Of a stretch of DNA of 64,000 nucleotides, positions 61,036 to 64,000 are shown in pieces. The number at the start of each line of letters is the position of its first letter. Within the stretch, counting starts at the first letter, position 1. The position numbers and the translations under genes were made by a program. Origin of the DNA: a virus (lineage: Duplodnaviria > Heunggongvirae > Uroviricota > Caudoviricetes); IMG/VR virus record IMGVR_UViG_3300021979_000001, positions 322,948 through 386,947 of that record; one strand, written 5' to 3'. A model generated the notes under the pieces. That model was not told where the DNA came from and ran no database searches. It worked only from the letters and a program-made list of their open reading frames with translations.

Positions 61036-61070
61036 GTAAAAGGGCGGGAAATTTAATCCCGCCCTTTTTA
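61036..61070 (+). terminator. Intrinsic terminator
   Basis: aaaagggcggga/tcccgcccttttt. Confidence 0.85.
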
Positions 61071-61415
61071 TTATTCAATATTGTATGAATTAACGACCGT
61101 CATGCTCGCATATGTCGAACACATAAGTAGCACAAATACAAAACTAATAACCAACACCAATGCCCGCACTAATAAAACCTTTCCTGTATCAAATATTACC
61201 AACGACTTTTATACCTACCCCAAGATAAATAAGTCAATAATATTTTTAATTTTTGTTGCCATAACACCATTGCCATAAACCACGTTTAACCGGCTTTACA
61301 GCGCGTCTACGTATTTAATGACACACCATAGCTGTTTTTTGTTAAACCATATCAGGCGGGCGAAAAAAAGGGCACTGTGTTTATTTTATAATACCTACTA
61401 TACGGAACATTAAAA

Positions 61416-62603
61416 ATGCAAAATGACGATACGATACAAGATGAACTTTATGACATTGAAACAAAAGACGATATTGCCAACATACTACAGCAATACGGAG
61501 CGACAAAATTAAGTTTACCCGGATATAAGGGCGATGATATTTTCATCACTGATAATTTTGTGATTGAATGGTCTGGTGATGATCTTTATGTCACGTGTGA
61601 ACCAAAATCAGCCTGGTTATATGATGCCGACCTAACTTCGTTATTTCCAGATTCCGAAATCGAAGCGTCAAATGCGTTTTGGAATGCACCAGAAATTTTA
61701 TACCATGCTACATCCGAAAAAAATGCCAAAAATATAATGATAACCGGATTACAACAAATTCAAAAAACCCGTCGTGCAATTAATCAATTCGTTGATGGCA
61801 TATTTACCAGCACCGAGCCGGAAAGCATTTATATGTATGGATCAGTTATCATTGAAATAGATACCGTTGCAATGAAAAATGCTGGATATACTCCACCAGT
61901 TAGCATGGAACCCGACGTATTTGAACAGAAGTTACGATACGATCTGGCACATTTAATCCAATATAACGAGTATTATGGCGATAATATTGAATCTGATCAA
62001 TATACCATCATCGTTCATGGTGATATTCCTGCAAAATTTCTATCAACTGAAACTGATTTAATGGAAAGAACCGAGGTTAACTCTGATATTACATTATATT
62101 GCGGTGTATCTAATTTTAATGCTGGATTAATGAAAATATCTCCCCGTTCAATAGACCTGGCAATGTTTTCCCGCCAGGAAGATGCCTTGTCAACCGCTAA
62201 GAAGGCAACGAAGATCACACAGGTATCGTTTGGTCCAAAAGTCAGGGCCAAAAAATTGATGAATTTAAAAGGTTTTATGGATACCCTTAACCGGGTGAAT
62301 AAACTAATTGACGAACACCCCGGAAAAGATATGTCTATGTTAATTAAACAACGAGAGTATTATCTCGAACAGTTGGGTGAATACAAAAATTACACACAGG
62401 ACGAATTGGATTATATTTTTTCATTTGATGAAACGCTTCGTCCAGTTGTCCTGGAAGTCCATATACCAGCAGCAGAAACCGACCAACTCGAACCGACATA
62501 CGATTATATGCGTAATAACAAAAATCATGATTGGAAAGATAGTTTGGATCAAACCGGCATCGTGATATTTCGGGGAACCATTCAACCAAACTGGATACAA
62601 TAA
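61416..62603 (+). CDS. ART-fold multi-domain protein
   Basis: LYHATS..I...GL..GIFTS..YG..I.G.IP; second degenerate copy LYCG..F.GTI.P. Confidence 0.55.
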   Translation: MQNDDTIQDELYDIETKDDIANILQQYGATKLSLPGYKGDDIFITDNFVIEWSGDDLYVTCEPKSAWLYDADLTSLFPDSEIEASNAFWNAPEILYHATSEKNAKNIMITGLQQIQKTRRAINQFVDGIFTSTEPESIYMYGSVIIEIDTVAMKNAGYTPPVSMEPDVFEQKLRYDLAHLIQYNEYYGDNIESDQYTIIVHGDIPAKFLSTETDLMERTEVNSDITLYCGVSNFNAGLMKISPRSIDLAMFSRQEDALSTAKKATKITQVSFGPKVRAKKLMNLKGFMDTLNRVNKLIDEHPGKDMSMLIKQREYYLEQLGEYKNYTQDELDYIFSFDETLRPVVLEVHIPAAETDQLEPTYDYMRNNKNHDWKDSLDQTGIVIFRGTIQPNWIQ

Positions 62604-62633
62604 GAAACGCCCGGTAAAATCCGGGCTTTTCCT

Positions 62634-63053
62634 TTATCCTAAACAAATAGTTCCTATCACAATATAACAAATGGTGTGTAGGAGTTGGTCAAGTCCTGTC
62701 AAATACCAAAATTCAGGGTGGGTGTTACATTTCCATCCTTTATATTGTGAAATATTCATCTTTGCGTAATCAATGATATAATGAGAAACAAACTCAAAAC
62801 AAGAAACCCAAAAAATTGTTAATAATTCAATACGAGCCTCGGGATATGACCAGGTAACTAGTGTGTCCCAAAATAATAGAATAACACACGTTACATAGGC
62901 ATGTTTGAGTGAATGACGAATTCCGCCCCAGTGAAAAAGTGTTCCCTTGTTTCTCCATTCAAATTCTGGTTGCCACATGAAATCAACAAGAAAGTGCTTG
63001 ATCGATAAAATCAAAAATAAAACTGGAAATAAGATCATAGGTAACTGCCTCAA
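62634..63053 (-). CDS. DUF3307-family membrane protein
   Basis: KHFLVDF..Q, H...H, HY.ID..K, G.DQLLH. Confidence 0.8.
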   Translation of the reverse strand: MRQLPMILFPVLFLILSIKHFLVDFMWQPEFEWRNKGTLFHWGGIRHSLKHAYVTCVILLFWDTLVTWSYPEARIELLTIFWVSCFEFVSHYIIDYAKMNISQYKGWKCNTHPEFWYLTGLDQLLHTICYIVIGTICLG

Positions 63054-63081
63054 TATTAAAAAAGTTCAACAAACTAGTGTG

Positions 63082-63414
63082 TTATACGATACAAGACAAC
63101 GTGGTTCCATCAGTATTACCACTAGTCAATACACTACCTTCCCCCCAATATAAGTCCAAATCGTTGATTTGATCAAACGTAATACTAATAATATCATCGA
63201 CGTTTACGTTTGTGTCATATACAATGGCACAGGGCAATGAGTTCGAGGTTTCACCATACCATGGGACAGTTATTGTTATACCGGTTTCATCACCAAAGTT
63301 TCCAAAAACAATTACTTTCTTTGGAATATGGGCATCCCGATATATTATGCCATCAATCGACATTCCACCAATATCATCTGATATTTTACTATATTTACAG
63401 GCTATTGTTGTCAT
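63082..63414 (-). CDS. Hypothetical protein
   Basis: 110 aa ORF. Confidence 0.55.
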   Translation of the reverse strand: MTTIACKYSKISDDIGGMSIDGIIYRDAHIPKKVIVFGNFGDETGITITVPWYGETSNSLPCAIVYDTNVNVDDIISITFDQINDLDLYWGEGSVLTSGNTDGTTLSCIV

Positions 63415-63423
63415 AATATGTTA

Positions 63424-63750
63424 TCAGTTCGCCCCAAGTCCTTCACCGGAACTACTGCCATCATCTTCTCCCTTACAAACATCGCCACAACCGCGAACCA
63501 AAATATGATCGTAAAATATAATACGCTTTTGTTCACTTGTTATTACTATAATATTACGATGTTCTATATGTGGAATTGTAACTGTTTCGCCCGATAAGTC
63601 TCCGATGTTGCCGTAATTAATTTTAGTCCACCCATCACAATCGAACCAACTCGGTAATATATTTGTAGAACTATCACCAATTACGGCATGATTTGCAGAA
63701 TAAATATCTGCTATTGATCGCAACGATGGTTTCCAATCTTTTTCATTCAT
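63424..63750 (-). CDS. Hypothetical protein
   Basis: Start trimmed to MNEKDW. Confidence 0.5.
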   Translation of the reverse strand: MNEKDWKPSLRSIADIYSANHAVIGDSSTNILPSWFDCDGWTKINYGNIGDLSGETVTIPHIEHRNIIVITSEQKRIIFYDHILVRGCGDVCKGEDDGSSSGEGLGAN

Positions 63751-63779
63751 ATCAATACCAGCGTCAAAAGGTTTTGTCG

Positions 63780-64000
63780 TTATTCTGCCCACCTGGTATC
63801 CGAAACAAAATTGAGCGTGAATCCGGTTGGAGGTAAATATTTGACTAACCATACGCCGTTTTCACTAATATACCAATCAATTTTTTTATATTGTTTGGTA
63901 TCGATTGTTATGATCACCAAATTACCACCGTGTCGCGTGCCAACGGCGCGTGCTGTATCAATATCAGCCGACAAATGAACATAGTTACGTGTCATTCGTT
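63780..64000 (-). CDS. kptA: RNA 2'-phosphotransferase Tpt1/KptA (3' part; runs off window)
   Basis: R.YVHLS.....A..VG.RHG..I.ID..S.NGVWL...PP. Confidence 0.85.
   Translation of the reverse strand, partial: RMTRNYVHLSADIDTARAVGTRHGGNLVIITIDTKQYKKIDWYISENGVWLVKYLPPTGFTLNFVSDTRWAE

Noticed and set aside
60464-61078. 204-aa minus-strand ORF
   Set aside because: Antisense to the HD hydrolase, which has clear motifs, an RBS and a terminator.

Overview
This 64-kb window is AT-rich DNA from a large (jumbo-type) T4-like phage. The TrpRS and CCA-adding enzyme look alphaproteobacterial, which suggests the host group. The right end holds a replication module: family B DNA polymerase, a probable sliding clamp, an RNase H/5'-3' exonuclease, a DsbA/GapR-like protein and a glutaredoxin. 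The centre is a translation-support region with 18 tRNA genes (all minus strand), TrpRS, CCA-adding enzyme and polynucleotide kinase; Tpt1/KptA and a SpoT/MESH1-like HD hydrolase lie at the far right. The rest is expanded paralog families: ~330-380 aa proteins sharing a C-terminal motif, six ~190 aa proteins each with two QLxLxF-like motifs, RCC1 and LRR-like duplicates, and about eight ADP-ribosyltransferase-fold genes, mostly behind TAAATA late promoters. Most notable: (1) an ~870-nt GOLLD-like structured RNA with an embedded tRNA-like domain, driven by an rRNA-style promoter with boxA; (2) a leader peptide with overlapping antiterminator and terminator ahead of the main tRNA array, a putative translation-sensing attenuator; (3) the paralog array with paired beta-clamp-binding-like motifs; (4) Lys and Cys tRNAs with long variable arms; (5) several unexplained structured RNAs among the tRNAs. 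All assignments are by eye from motifs and base pairing; no database searches were run.
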